Assembly: GCA_003427395.1 (NCBI GenBank)
Contig: BFEA01000012.1
Span: 6,273,466 to 6,337,465 of the forward strand
DNA: 64,000 nucleotides
Source of the DNA: Chara braunii
Lineage: Eukaryota > Plantae > Charophyceae
Direction: 5' to 3'
In this document: positions 33,981 through 47,531 of the stretch, piece by piece
Layout: every line of letters starts with the position of its first letter
How positions within the stretch are numbered: position 1 is the stretch's first letter
Program-made: the position numbers and the translations under genes
The notes under the pieces: generated by a model
The model's database searches: none
Seen by the model: the letters and a program-made list of their open reading frames with translations, nothing else
Told to the model about the DNA's origin: nothing

Positions 33981-34937
33981 AAAGTTTAGGCCGCTTCCGA
34001 GCATAGGACACAGTCATTAAGGTCACTCACACGTTCGAGGTACAGTTTAGTTTTCATTCAGTGCTCAAGATCAACTTTGCCAGGTGAATCGAGTCGACTG
34101 CTTCCTCCGCCTCCGCTACTTGAGTTATTCAGTAGGCCGAAATGTAGTGTTCTGGGCTGCTGGATCAATGATCGTAAAACCCCCCTGGTCTTGTGGAGTG
34201 CAGATAACATCCCAAGCCACCTTGCAGATATCAACTTTTTGAATCACCCTCTGGCTCTCGGATAAACTACCGAGCATCTTTTATTGTTTTAAGCATCAAC
34301 GAAGGTAGGCGCTGAACCGTGGTAACATATCATCCCAAACCACTTTTATGGAGTGCAGATATCATCCCAAGCCACTTTTATTGTCTTAAGCATCAACGAA
34401 GGTAGGCGCTGAACCGTGGTAACATATCATAAGAGGGCAAAGACTGACACCATTATCACCAAAGCTCGACTTGTTAATGAAAGGTGTTGAGCCTTGCCCC
34501 AACTCTTTACCTTCTTAGCTCCCTTCGTCTGGGTGATAAGCACTTGAGAACAGGTGCAATCCTCCAGTGCCACTTGGATACCCGAAAAACGCTCAACTGC
34601 ATCTGGTGCAACTCTCTCTATTCCCCATCACATTTGCAAGGTAAACCTCCTTCGTAGGCAAACGCTGACTTGTTTCAGTTGGCGACATTTTTTTCCCCCT
34701 CTAGAGAACTCTGCAATATCAATTAGACGAGTATTCAATGCTTTCAAAGAGCTCTTGTCATTCAACAAAACTGCGAATAAATCATTTGCTTCGGGCTTTC
34801 ACCTAGCAGTGTTTCCGATTGATAAGAACTAAGGCAATGATCTCTCGGTGCGTTTTAATGTTGCAGAGCAGCAACTCGAGGTGTAGAACAAAGAGGAGGG
34901 GCGCCAAAGGGCAGCTCTGACGAAGGGATCTAGTTAA

Positions 34938-35053
34938 ACCACCAGTGCCTACCCGGTTCTTAGCCCCGCTCTAAGGCGAATGAATACAAACCCACGTGGT
35001 AAGCCGATTCATCCACCATGTTAACGTCTAAAACAGCAGTAGGTATTGGTGGT
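34938..35053. mobile_element. 116 bp MITE with 15 bp TIRs, flanked by TTAA on both sides, inserted in LINE RT
   Basis: ttaa|accaccagtgcctac...gtaggtattggtggt|ttaa; removing it plus one TTAA restores minus-strand FYLTRSLRQSCPL. Confidence 0.88.
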
Positions 35054-35515
35054 TTAAGTAAAATTTATTTGAGATTTGCCTATTGCAGACAGCTGCAGTG
35101 GAACCATAAATTAATTTGACCCACTAACAGCAGGGGACCCCAAAGCCAACAACTTTAAAGGCGGTGAGTAAGAAATGTCCAGTTGCCCGTATCGTATACC
35201 TTCGCCAAATCTAGGAGAAGGATTGCCACCTCTGAATCGTTTTTGTCAACCCAATCGAGGGTCTAAATAGCCGTTACCACATTTTTGAAATGTCATCTGC
35301 ACGCCTAACTATCTCCCTTCTTGTGCAACATCAAAATGACACCTCTAGTCATTATTCTTCCCAATCTACCACCACTTAGGATCTCATTATACATTACAGA
35401 CAAGTACGGTCCCAAAGCCTCTCAACATGCAATAATAACTTCACTAGCAAGATGCTTTGCCTGGACCCATCACTTGGATGACATTGAAAAACTCTTCTTC
35501 AATCAGTGGCCTATT

Positions 35516-35857
35516 CAACCAGATTTTCCCTTCACCAAGCAGACAAACCGACAGGTTATTCCCAAACGGTGAGGTGTCCGCCATGTTATCGTCCAAACCG
35601 TCAAATGGTTGTCGTGTGGACAAGACGTCGGAGAAATAATCCGTCGTATAATTACACATGTGTTTGTTGAAGACCGCCTTCGGCGAGCCCAACTGGCGGT
35701 CTCCAACAAACACATGTGCAATTATAGGACGAATTATTTCTCAGATGTCTTGTCCACACAACAACCATTTTACGGTTTGGACGATAACATGGCGGATACC
35801 TCACCGTTTGGGAATAACCTGTCGGTTTGTCTGCTTGGTGAAGGGAAAATCTGGTTG
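35516..35857. repeat. Long palindrome: ~163 bp arms, 16 nt loop
   Basis: caaccagattttcccttcacc...gaccgcc (35516-35678) mirrored by ggcggtc...ggtgaagggaaaatctggttg (35695-35857). Confidence 0.95.
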
Positions 35858-37864
35858 GTGCGCATATTGTAGTTCCCCTATTAGCACTGCACTGGATCTC
35901 AGCAAGAGCCAATCGAAAGTCTTCTTGAACATTTGATCCGAAGTTCACAATCCCTTTTACGTTTAAAATCTTATTCTATCTTTCCTATTTTTCTACTTGG
36001 ACTTGATCCCACTTACAAAGTCTCTCAATCCTTTCCTCCAACCAAAAGAGCTAGGAAATCGGGTGGTTTGCTTGTAGGTGATTATCTTCCTCCACTCTAG
36101 CCTGCATGTCATTTTCTTCCTTGGTCCGCTTGTACGCTGCAATTTGAGAGGTGAACTTCGTCTTTCAAAAATTATGCATAAATCTGCGTCAATGCACTCC
36201 ACTCTGGATTCAAAGTATGGCTTATATGTTCATCAATCGAGCCAGAGAGATTCCACCCGATCAGTTATTCCAACATCCTTGAACAAGGTCATATTAAACC
36301 TGATTAGCCTTCCGTACTAGTGAAGTTGATTTTACAGAAACAAAGATTTGTGACCCGAAAATGAATCGTTTCTAGCCTTCACCTTCAAGGCTTCGCTTGT
36401 CGTCGATGTTGCTACTAGAAAAAAGTTGATCCCTCTTCGTGGCAACCTGATACGGCAGAACATTGCTCCAAGTGTAACAATTAGAAATCGGATGCAAGTC
36501 TTTGAAACTTCACAAAACTCCCTCACCTCCATCCACTAAATTAAATTTAGCATTTACTCGGTAATCCCTCATTTATTTTAGAGTCCAAAGTCTGACACCT
36601 CACAACATTCCAATTCTCCTCAATCATCAACCATTCGCTTCGAGGTAAGATGAAACTTAAGGATTTGAAAAAAACGTTTGTTAGTTTGATCCAACACAGA
36701 CATCTGTTTTTTACACCGACATGCAAAGATTCGAATCCTTTTACTTCAGCGATTAATTTCAATTCAGTTTTTGTTTTGAAAGCTGACGTATTAAACTTCA
36801 GAAACCTCCAAAAGAACCCAAAACAAAACCTATCCAAATGCAAAAAATGAAAGGTAACTTCATTATGGTAGTATACCATAATCACTTGGGATACACTCAT
36901 TTCTCCCATTGAACGTACGTAATTTTGATTCATAGATTGCAATTGATTAACATTCAAACTATTTATCATTCCATCACACTATTTTGATACTCCAGACACA
37001 TTTCAACACAAATACACTATACTTGTATCTAAACATTATTTAATAATCTCACTTTTTTTTGCTCCAACCAATGTTTTTAAGCTAGACATCGAAACATGTC
37101 ATGATGCTCCTACTCTGATGACAATCTCTTTTAGCGCTAAGGTCAATGCACAAGATTCCTTAATTAACTATCGACCATAATGATGATCGATTGTCCATGA
37201 AAGAGTAGTAATTCAAGATTTTGAGTATTCTCTGATTGTAGAATCTTAACATATCAGCATGATCCATGGGGACTATTCCACGCTTTGCCGTTGGTATAAA
37301 GTTTTTTTTTTTCCTAAGTATCTTAATCGAAGTTCACAAGATCAACCTTCATCCGTTTATGAAATAAAACGGCTACCCCACCCTTCCTCCCCCTAGCGGG
37401 TGACCAAAGATCGGGTCCATTCCACCAATCGTGCAACTGAGTTAGCTTCTCCTCTGATAGCTTCATTTTTTGAAGGTTTATAACATTCACTTTCTTGCTA
37501 TAGATCCTGAATTTCAAGCGCCGCCCCTTGTGCCTGCCTCGAAATCCCTTAGCCACCTAATGTTCCAACAACGTACTACAATACTACCCATCAATCCTTT
37601 GTGACCGGTCTGATGCTTGGATACTAGATGCGTTTAAACACCTAAGTGAAATTCCGTTGTTTCGTCATACTGGTCATCTGCTCCACTCCAAGTGGTAGTT
37701 GGAAGGGTGTTGAATTTGTTCATGGGGTCAGGGAGTTGTTGCTGGCAAAGGATCAGAAGCTGCTCATAGGAGGCCAAGGAGGCAACCGACCGTGAGTTGA
37801 ACATTTTGAAAATGAAACGACATGGGTCCACTTTTCTCGAATAGAAACCACTTCTAATAGGTCT

Positions 37865-38024
37865 CATACACGTTGTATTTGAATACAAAGTGTATCTTTT
37901 CTATTAGAATTTCGAAAAGAAGAACTATTGTATTCGAATATGACATTACTTTTTTTTTTTTTTTTTTTTTTTGAGGTTACAACCTGCCCTTGTGCTTCCC
38001 GCCAATGATATGCTGCATGCTACA

Positions 38025-38058
<34 letters not shown>

Positions 38059-38061
38059 TCA

Positions 38062-38131
<70 letters not shown>

Positions 38132-38891
38132 TACACACTTTCCCCCACCCCAAAAATAAGTTTCGCTTCAGCCCACTAGTGGAGGTGATATGAGCATCCC
38201 CCTATAGTGGACTTACAGCACAATGGTGGGGAGCGGCACCTGCTGGAAACCAGGTCCAGTGTCCCATGAACATCGTGAATAAAGCACTTGTTGGGGACCC
38301 CCCCACACACACTCTTGTAGTTGCATGTAGCGAACATGATAAAACATAGACACAACAAAATCAGTACCTTACGAGCCTGAGAGTCATTGGAAAGGTGTTA
38401 AATTTTCAGGCTGTTGCATATTGGGGACGGAGTATCGTTGTAGGTGAAGGATCGGTAGGTGGCCGTGATCCTTGAAAAAATCAAAATGGCGTGAGGGCCT
38501 CAGGTTTAAAAATCTAAAATCTGAACCGCCACGTGCGGTTCACACCTGAAACCTCTTCCCAGCCAAGGCAGGTGGCAAGCGGGTAACGCAGTCCTTTTGA
38601 ATCAAGGTGCTTTGCCGCCCCAGATTCAGAAACAAAGAGGGGCATCAATTGCATCCACCTCTCCTCCCCCACCCCCCCCTTTCTCTCTCTCTCACGCACA
38701 CATGCACACACTATTGCTCTCTCCCTCCCCGCCCCCCACACACACATGCGGCGCGCACGAACAGGTCACGTTCATATGCTTTCTTTCACATGCGTTTGTG
38801 GGCTCTCTCTCTCTCTCAAAGTCTCTCTCACATAGTACACACTCTCTCTCACACACACACACACGAATGGACACACACATCTCTCTCTCTA

Positions 38892-38927
<36 letters not shown>

Positions 38928-39015
38928 GCTCACACACACACAGTCATTGTCTACCGCGTGGGCGCGGGGAACGCAACCCTAAGGTAGCCAAATCAATGAG
39001 ACTAAGAGCTAACAC

Positions 39016-39070
<55 letters not shown>

Positions 39071-39137
39071 TTGTTTCATTTGTTGTTATGAGTGTGAGAG
39101 AGAGAAAGAAATAGAGAGAGAGGGAGGGGGGGGACCT

Positions 39138-39175
<38 letters not shown>

Positions 39176-40010
39176 CTGAATGGCAAAATTGAAATATGGG
39201 TCAAATTGCGGCCGCAATCTATTTTGCAGTTGGAATGATTTTTTTAAATTTATGTAGTGTTTTTCCTGGAAAGATCACAACAAAATCTGCGAGTACTCGA
39301 ATTTTCAGGTTTTTTCACGCATTCTTCTGAGCGCGAAAACTCACTGAATTTGGAATATTTTTTTAGTTGGCCCAGGCATGGCTGAGTGGCAAAAATGGAA
39401 AATGTGCTGAATCGGCGCGACTATTAGTTCGTAGTCTAAATGATTTTTTGTAAATGTTCTATTATTATTTCTGGAAAGAACACGACCTCATCTATGGATT
39501 CTCAAAATTTCAGATTTTTGTGCATGCTCGTCTGAGCACAGAAAATTGTCAAAGTTGCCTCTTGCAAAACGCCTGTTTCGTTGTGCCTGATCTGCCTGTT
39601 TTGAGAGGACGGGGCTCAACGCCTGGGCATGAGGGCCCTTTTGCAGTTCACGTGCCCTCACTTCTTTTAGGGGCCCTCACTTCTTTTTGGGGTTCCTCTT
39701 CTACCCGAGGATGAGTCCAATGCCTCCCACTTGTTTTTGGGGTCCACTTCCACCTGAGGACCGGTCCTTCGTTTTTCCAAAAGTCTCGGTTCTACCACAA
39801 CTAGCTATAGGTAGTCCGCAATTTTGGCAAGGACTGGTCCCCCAAATTGTTTTGCCCCCTAAGAACCCACTTTGCTTCCTGGTTGCCCGCCGCCAAAAAT
39901 GCCACACCTTGACACAGACGCGGAAGCCCGCTATACCGCAGCCTAAGGGCTGCGAACACGCATGCACACACACACACACACACACACACGGGTCTCTCTC
40001 TCTCTCTCAT

Positions 40011-40088
<78 letters not shown>

Positions 40089-40749
40089 AAGAAGCCATTA
40101 ATTGTTTAAATCCATGAATATTCTCTCAGTGTATGCCATTAGAGCCAAACGATAATAATGAATCCACCCACTGAACACCAATTCCGAACTGAATCTGGTC
40201 ATAAATGTGGTCCGCACACATCCCTGAAATGATCCAAGACAATTATAACGGCAACCATTTGCAATTTTGCATCACGTTGCCAATCTGAATCAGGCTGATT
40301 GATAAGTCAATGCCCGTATCTAAGGGTGAATACTCATACAACATATAAAGAGAATGACAATAACATGATTGTATATAGTGGCATACTCACACTACCATCT
40401 TACAAAACATATCTGATCGCAATTACGGCTATACATGGATGAATCTGACTGCAATCACGTTGAAAGCTTGTAAGAAAAGTCGTCGTGCGCGTATTCCCTA
40501 AGACTATCTTTCGTATTTCCATCATCTTGTGAGTAACGTCTCCCACTTGTTTCTTCAAACACGATAGTCACTTTTCTCAAATATAAGGGCAGTTCAAATA
40601 GAACACGTACGTGTCGAATTCGAATAGAACGTATTTTCCATTCAGATTTTGAAAAGAAGAAACTCGTGTTCGAGTAGAACTTTACCTTTTCTTTTTCCGA
40701 GGTTAGCGCCTGCCCTTGTGTTACCGGTGGCTGACACGCAACTGCATGG

Positions 40750-40830
<81 letters not shown>

Positions 40831-40909
40831 AACACACACACACACACACACTTTTAACACACACACATCAGACACACACATATACACTCACTCTAACATA
40901 CACACAAGG

Positions 40910-41002
<93 letters not shown>

Positions 41003-41070
41003 CCATTGGCGTTGTGTGTACAGCAAACATGACAAGACATAAACACAACATAATCACTACCTTACACTTC
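37865..41070. repeat. Diverged direct-repeat units (~37865-38370 and ~40600-41070) with embedded (CT)n(CA)n; a ~206 bp diverged tandem at 39174-39550 lies between them
   Basis: Shared gaaaagaagaa...ttcga...gaggtta...cctgcccttgtg blocks and aacatga...cata.acacaaca.aatca.taccttac blocks. Confidence 0.6.
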
Positions 41071-41439
41071 CCTAACCACATCGACAAACAAACTACAGGC
41101 TGCGCACCCATGCCCTCACCGTAAGTCAATTGCACAGAGGTTCGGATTTTGTGTGTGTTCAGGGAGGAGTATGAGCTACAGAGAATGGTGAGGTTCATTC
41201 CATTAGTGCATTGCAATATGGTTTTTATTTCCATTAGTGCATGCATTATGCAGAGTCGTTTTTTAAGCTTCAAATTACTTTTTATGGTATATTGTCTGGA
41301 TGCTCCGGAGTATGACAAACGAGCTACGATTGAGGACAGGGAGAATGATTACTAGATGTTGCATGATTGTCTCACCTGGCTTATATCATTCTACTGTACT
41401 TACCCTATCTGTATATCCATGTCTACCTTAGGGCTTTAA

Positions 41440-42579
41440 ACCACCAGTACTTGGCCCAGCTATCGGCCGCGAAAAAAAATAGAGTAGAAACGTTTCTAGT
41501 TGGATGAATTTGGGCGCTCTTGTAGTGGCCCGTACGTTTCCTAAAATTGCGTAGCGTTAACGCTACGCGACTTTAGGAAGTACTGGTGGTTTAAGCCACC
41601 AGTACACCCGAGGTTAAATGGACGAGCCTGAACTTTAATCTGCCCGAGCCTAAAAGCTAACAGCACCCCAGCTTGGAAAGTGGAGGGTGGTGTACCGGTG
41701 CCGCCCACTTTGAAACTGAACAGTGCTGCGTCTTTTTCACTTGTGTGCCACCCGTGGCAAACTCTCGGTAAAAATCAGCCCCTGTATCTGGCGAGAAACT
41801 GGGCTTGGGCGCCAATACGAAAATGACCAAACAAAACAAAACAAAACAGGTTGATGCCCATGAAGGAAATCCCCCCCCTGATTCTCAACTGACCCTCAAA
41901 GAATAGTGCCCGTATCTAACTTGGAATGGGTGCAGATTCATACAGAAAAAACAAAATTAAATCCCACTTGTGATTCTCAAAAGGTCGGCGCCCGTGAAAA
42001 CAACTGCCTGTCACTCTGATGGGGGTGTTTTGTCCCCACTCGTTCGGCTTTTAGCCCGTTATAACAGGCGCCAGTGGCAGATTGGGGACTGCTTGCCCCC
42101 ACAACCATCTCCCCTGGGTGCATAAAACGCTCTATCACGGGTAGATGCTTGCAGTGAGTATGCCGGGTGCAAAAGAAACGGCCACCCACCAGATTAGAGT
42201 GCATAAACGCCCTGCCTTCCTGGCAGGGCATCTTAAAAGAAAAACAGGAACTCAAAGAGTTCCTCCGAATCTGGAGCCAGGGCCATTTGAATTGACAAAA
42301 CTCCCAGTTCTCTTTCTTGTTTTCTTTTTTTTTCTCCCATTGTTGTTGTTGCTATTTTCTTCTACTCGTTTTTTCTTTTTTAACCAACTTCTAGTCGTTT
42401 TTTCCGTTGTGTCGGCGATGCAGAGAGTTCTGTCTACGTATGTGGAAACACCATTCGCCTTTTTCGCTGGGCCCACCGGCATCCTGCCTCATCGCTTTGC
42501 GGGGCCTTCCCCAAGCGCTGATTTTCTCTTGTGGCGATGAATTTGTTTTGATGCACCGTTGGGGCCATGTACTAGTGGT
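41440..42579. mobile_element. Two adjacent TIR elements (41440-41590, 151 bp; 41595-42579, 985 bp) sharing a central TTAA
   Basis: ttaa|accaccagtac...gtactggtggt|ttaa|gccaccagtaca...tgtactagtggt|ttaa. Confidence 0.85.
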
Positions 42580-44953
42580 TTAAGGGCATATGTGTGTCAA
42601 TATATTCGCCTTTAGTTTAATGTTCGCAGGAAATATAAAGTTATGGGTTTAAGGTGCTGGAAACTAACTAGGCATACAAGTTCATGTTTTGAATGTACAC
42701 TACTTTTATGTGAATAGAGTGGTTAGTCGGATGTCCTAGTCGACCGGCGTAGAACCACGCTTGGAAGAACACTGCCCCATCTGTTGCGCTTGGTAGAGGT
42801 AAGTTGTACCACGCTGGACCCTCTCCTGTCGTAGGGACTCGTGAGACTTATAGTTGACGCACTTGCCCGGAGCAGAGAAGCTTCATGTGTTTTGTAACAT
42901 GCCGAATTCTACGCAACGCGGCAAAGCGCGAGGGTCCCCTCTAGGGGACCAATGCACTCGAGAGGTGGTGCCGTTGCCGCGGATCTCGACTTCGTCCCGG
43001 GATCCTTTCCAAACTTTTGATGGGTGGATGTGTTTAGTGATGCGACAACAGAACTATCATTGGGTCGTGTTAACACTATCGTCTTTACGCAAAGTATAAT
43101 GCATCTTTAAAACCGTGGTAATTTTAAAGTCGAACCCTCACGATCAAGGCTAGCAATCTAGTGGACCATGGTGTTGTTGGCTTCAATCATCCGTGTGGAG
43201 GCCTAGCGAATAGGGGTGCAGTTTTCGAGGCGTCATGACTATTAGTGCCCAAATTCAGCCCAATTATCTTTAGTTACAGAAGACAGTCGTCGGCAGGAGC
43301 AAAGACTAGGTAGATAGCACATGCCTGAGAATTGGTAGGTTCGGGCTCATGTTAGGTAAGGGGTGTTGACGTCCTTATCTAGAGGTTGGTGTTGGGTTGT
43401 TCAGGCCGTGTCTGCGTGTGAGGTTCGCTGAGGAGGCTATTACACTTCGGGAAATAGCGAGTGGTGTTTTTTTTCAAGTATGGGTCATATTTGCTTGTGA
43501 GATCCTTGGTAAGCATGAGGTATTTGCCTATCCTGGGCTAGCAATAACCTGTCAATAGGCTATTGTCCTGGGTTAGCAATAACCTGTCGATAGGCTATTG
43601 TTCCTGGCCTGGGAAGCGATGGTTGGCCAATATGTCTTTGCGAGCTGACCTCATTTGGCACCTATCACGATACGGTTGCCCGCATATGTGCATGGAGGTA
43701 AGATTTGAAACATTCTACACGTACTAGTGGACAGTTTAGCTAGGGGATTATCTACTCGAGTTAGTTTTAGCAATAGGAAGTCCTATACATGTAATTATAG
43801 GTGCTAAGTATGCATGGTGCTAGTAATGCGAACGGGTAGCTTGCTTTATACATTCTGTTAGTTGCAATATGGTTGGAGGTTGTTCATGTTATCATCCACT
43901 TGGGGCAGATTATTTGGAACCTTGGTAGGTCACAATCCGTCGGGAAGGCTGTTGTTATGCATTAATGATTATTCAGGTCTTTTTTACATTATTTCCTTAT
44001 TACTGTGTAGCCGCTGATTATGCCGAGCATATAGTCGGGCAGTTAACTTTTTAGAGTTGCGTGCTAAATGTCCTATTGTCATATTTGGCGCCCATGTTGG
44101 CCAATACAATAATGTACTGTCATTTTAGTCTATATAACCACTCCCTGCTATACGCTGCATTATGGTTTGGGGTGTCTACTCATGCCATTCATCTACCATC
44201 TATTCTTTTAGCGCGATTTCGGTTATACGGGGAACTTATACCACGCGGGGCTGAGAGACGACAAATGCCCTCGACACCGGGAGGCATCGGGAGGAAAGTT
44301 CCTTGTGAATCTCCTATTGTGCAACACCTCCGTTTTCTTGTGAATCAGGCATGAAAGTTCCTTTCGCATCTCCGTTACGGAACCCACAAAAAAGTGGAGA
44401 CGGCAGCTGTATTTAAATATGTCTGCCAAGGGCTGATGGGGAAGGATATTCAGTACCTGCCCAATGTAGCATGGCATTACGTTGCAGTTGCAGCCCACAA
44501 GGAGGAGGACAATTCAGGGGTCTGAGACGGTGAACTGGAAATTATGGCCCCGTTAGCCAGATCGCCCAAGAAGGCGCTCGTGGACTAGAGGGATCACCTC
44601 TGGGTGGGCTTGGCAGAACTCGTTCTCGCTACGCGATGGACAATCTCAGGCCGGAAGACGTTTGGGTATGTCGACTAACAAAGTCGTTTGTTAAACCGCG
44701 GCTTCAAAATTCACGGTACCGGTACTAGTGGTTCTCGACAATCACTTTTTCCCTAAAAAGATGAGCAGCAAATCCATGTACCTGTGACTTTTCTCACAAT
44801 TTTTGTGCAAAATTTTGACCACGAAAAACCATTGAAGCTGGCACAGGCCAACGGCCCCCCTGACCCGCCCCCGCAAGCTTGCAGACTCACAAGCATGTCA
44901 AAAAACATAACAGCTGCGAGAGACTAGTGGTTTGAAAAAAAGATGGGGAAACT

Positions 44954-45257
44954 TTTTTGAAAATGCCCCTCCGACTTCCATTCAGTTGCGGTGTTGCCCC
45001 TCTGACGGCCGAGTTCCCCTGTCGCACCCCTCTGACGGTCAGCTTACCTTGTCGCAAGGTTGCACTGCAGGCAGTTTCGGATTTGCCTGGATTAAGCATT
45101 GGGTCTTTTTGAAATGCCCCTCCGACTTCCATTCAGTTGCGGTATTGCCCCTCTGACGGCCTAGTTACCCTATCGCACCCCTCTGACGGTCGAGTTACCT
45201 TGTCGCAAGGTTGCACTGAAGGCAGTTTCGGACTTGCCCGGATTCAGCATCGGGTCT
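44954..45257. repeat. ~152 bp tandem duplication containing three cccctc(t/c)gac motifs per unit
   Basis: Units start at 44954 and 45106. Confidence 0.92.
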
Positions 45258-46845
45258 CACATCCAGGGGACCTATGGAGAGGACCTATGGAACTGTCTGA
45301 GATAAAGCAGTGGAGATCTGCTGCCGAATTGAAACCTAACCTGCATTCACTGTGGGGTGTTGAGGGGAAGCTGGAGTTGATTCTTCAAAGTTCAAAGCAA
45401 AAAGCTTTCCCGCAAATTTCGGTAGATTTTTTAATTGAGCAGTCGGAGTCCAGCTTGGATGACAATCCACCTCACCGTCGCAATCTACCCCACAGTACAG
45501 CGAACTCATCATAGGCCATCTCTCTCACAGTGATTCTTCTCAAGGCTTTGTATTGGAAGTTGCAGATGCCGACTTGTCCCCGACAGGGCGACACCTGATG
45601 CGAACAGCGCAGTCCAAGGCGCTGCACAGCCTGAGGCTTATTGAACAAAATTGCCGTTCAGGAAATCGCCCTAGGAAAAGGACACCGTGACGCAGTCCTC
45701 CACCATCCAGACCAGTCTCCGGCTGGCTGAACTCGGGACACACCCTCTGCACTGGTCGTGGGATGACCCACACTCATCCTGCAACGTTAGTCTGCAGGAT
45801 TATGCACCTTCCATTGGGTNTCNTCNCAATCTCAGAAATCACACCGCTATACTCGAAAGTGATGACATGTTGGCTCACAGAGAAACCCTCTGACAGGACA
45901 AGATCTGTGATATCGTGGCATCGGACATAGGAAGCAGTGAAACATATTCTTCCAAATCTGTGCATCGTTTTAGTTCTCAAGTGCTGGTTTCGCGACCCCG
46001 ACTCACCCAGCAGTTCCACAATGGCCTGCCTCCAGGGCAGGAATGTGCAAGTCCCCGGACCTCTTCTGGTCGTCGAACGCAGGAAGCAGATAGAAGCCAG
46101 CGACCATGTACGGTGTAACTCTGCAGAACCGAAACGGATCCGGGAAACGAGGACGCGGCTCACATTGACGAAAGATGGACGGAACGCAGCTGGTTTTCAG
46201 ATGGAATCATTGGGATGGAAATTTTATACTGGTCCTACTGGATGCATTTTGCTTGCCAATATACGTAGCTCTCTCAGTGCAAACTGCTATTTTGCTGTAG
46301 CTAGGAAGCNNNNNNNNNNNNNNNNNNNNNNNNNNNNNNNNNNNNNNNNNNNNNNNNNNNNNNNNNNNNNNNNNNNNNNNNNNNNNNNNNNNNNNNNNNN
46401 NNNNNNNNNNNNNNNNNNNNNNNNNNNNNNNNNNNNNNNNNNNNNNNNNNNNNNNNNNNNNNNNNNNNNNNNNNNNNNNNNNNNNNNNNNNNNNNNNNNN
46501 NNNNNNNNNNNNNNNNNNNNNNNNNNNNNNNNNNNNNNCCAAGAACATGTTCGTGTTCATGCGTACGCAACGTTTTGGCGGGATCGGCCAGGTGGGCTGC
46601 AGAGCTCAAAATCATGGCGCAAACTGCTATTTTTGCTGTAGCTTAACTGTTCCCTTGACGCTTGGGGTACCAGATATGTGTTGGCTAATTCTGGACACAT
46701 CCAGTCCAGGAGCATCAAAGTCGCTTGTTGGCCGAACAAGTCGCTTGTTGGCCGAACACCACGGGTACAATCCTCCACGAGTTCAAAGCGAGCTACGCCA
46801 AAGCTCCTTGTATAATCATTTGCCTCCAAGCGCAAAATCCAACGG

Positions 46846-47200
46846 TTCTGAAAAAATGGCAAATCAATTGCTCCATCCAGGCAGCGGACCTGCAACCTGC
46901 TGATTGAAAATCATAACGCCTACCACAAGGCAAAGCGACGTGGTGTTTGGCTTGCGAACCCCTTGAGCTTAGCCTCAAGCAGACCCCTTGGTTGAAGTTG
47001 TGTCGGGGTACAGTGGGTCCGGGTCATGGTCGTATGTGTTGTAGTACTAACCATGCTGTGGGGGGGGGGGGGAGGAATTCGCATCTGCGAACTTCAGTTT
47101 CATCCCAGCACACTTTGCCTCGTGCCAGGTGTCCTGATTTTCAATCAGCAGGTTGCAGGTTCTATGCCTGGAGGGAGCGATTGATTTGTGATTTTCAGAA
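46846..47200. mobile_element. ~355 bp fold-back/MITE-like segment with ~67 bp imperfect inverted arms
   Basis: acctgcaacctgctgattgaaaatca (to 46913) versus tgattttcaatcagcaggttgcaggt (from 47135), extending outward to ttctgaaaa/ttttcagaa. Confidence 0.7.
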
Positions 47201-47489
47201 TGCCCCAAAACCCCGCGGAATGATGGCTGTTAGTGCACAGTTGACAGGGTTGTATGCCGCACACTTGGCATGGTTTCCTCCATGGATCAATAACAGGTCA
47301 GGTACACATTGAGTACAGGGATGGACAACATGAGAGGCATGCTCTACACGCAAATATCGAAGGAGCACGCAAGTCTACCTAAACATATATCAACGTGACC
47401 ACATGCGCTGTTGCAAGGAAGACACCATGATGGTATAAAACTTGGCTACTGGAGGCTTAATCATGGTGTGTGTGTACGTGTATGTCGGC

Positions 47490-47531
<42 letters not shown>

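Larger units (their letters stand above)
33451..37560 (-). mobile_element. Decayed L1/Tx1-type ORF2 (EN to RT) with internal duplications, a fold-back and a MITE
   Basis: NLQKMKL...GRKGGVAVLF (EN); RPLIEEEFFNVIQVMGPGKA; LTRSLRQSCPLAPLLF (RT). Confidence 0.8.

Noticed and set aside
37655-37700. Minus-strand CAGAUGA...GAAA hammerhead-like string
   Set aside because: Core mismatch and no stem II pairing.
38980-38995. taaggtagccaaat, identical to the 28S R2 target site
   Set aside because: Only 14 nt; the flanks do not match rRNA and no R2 ORF is adjacent.
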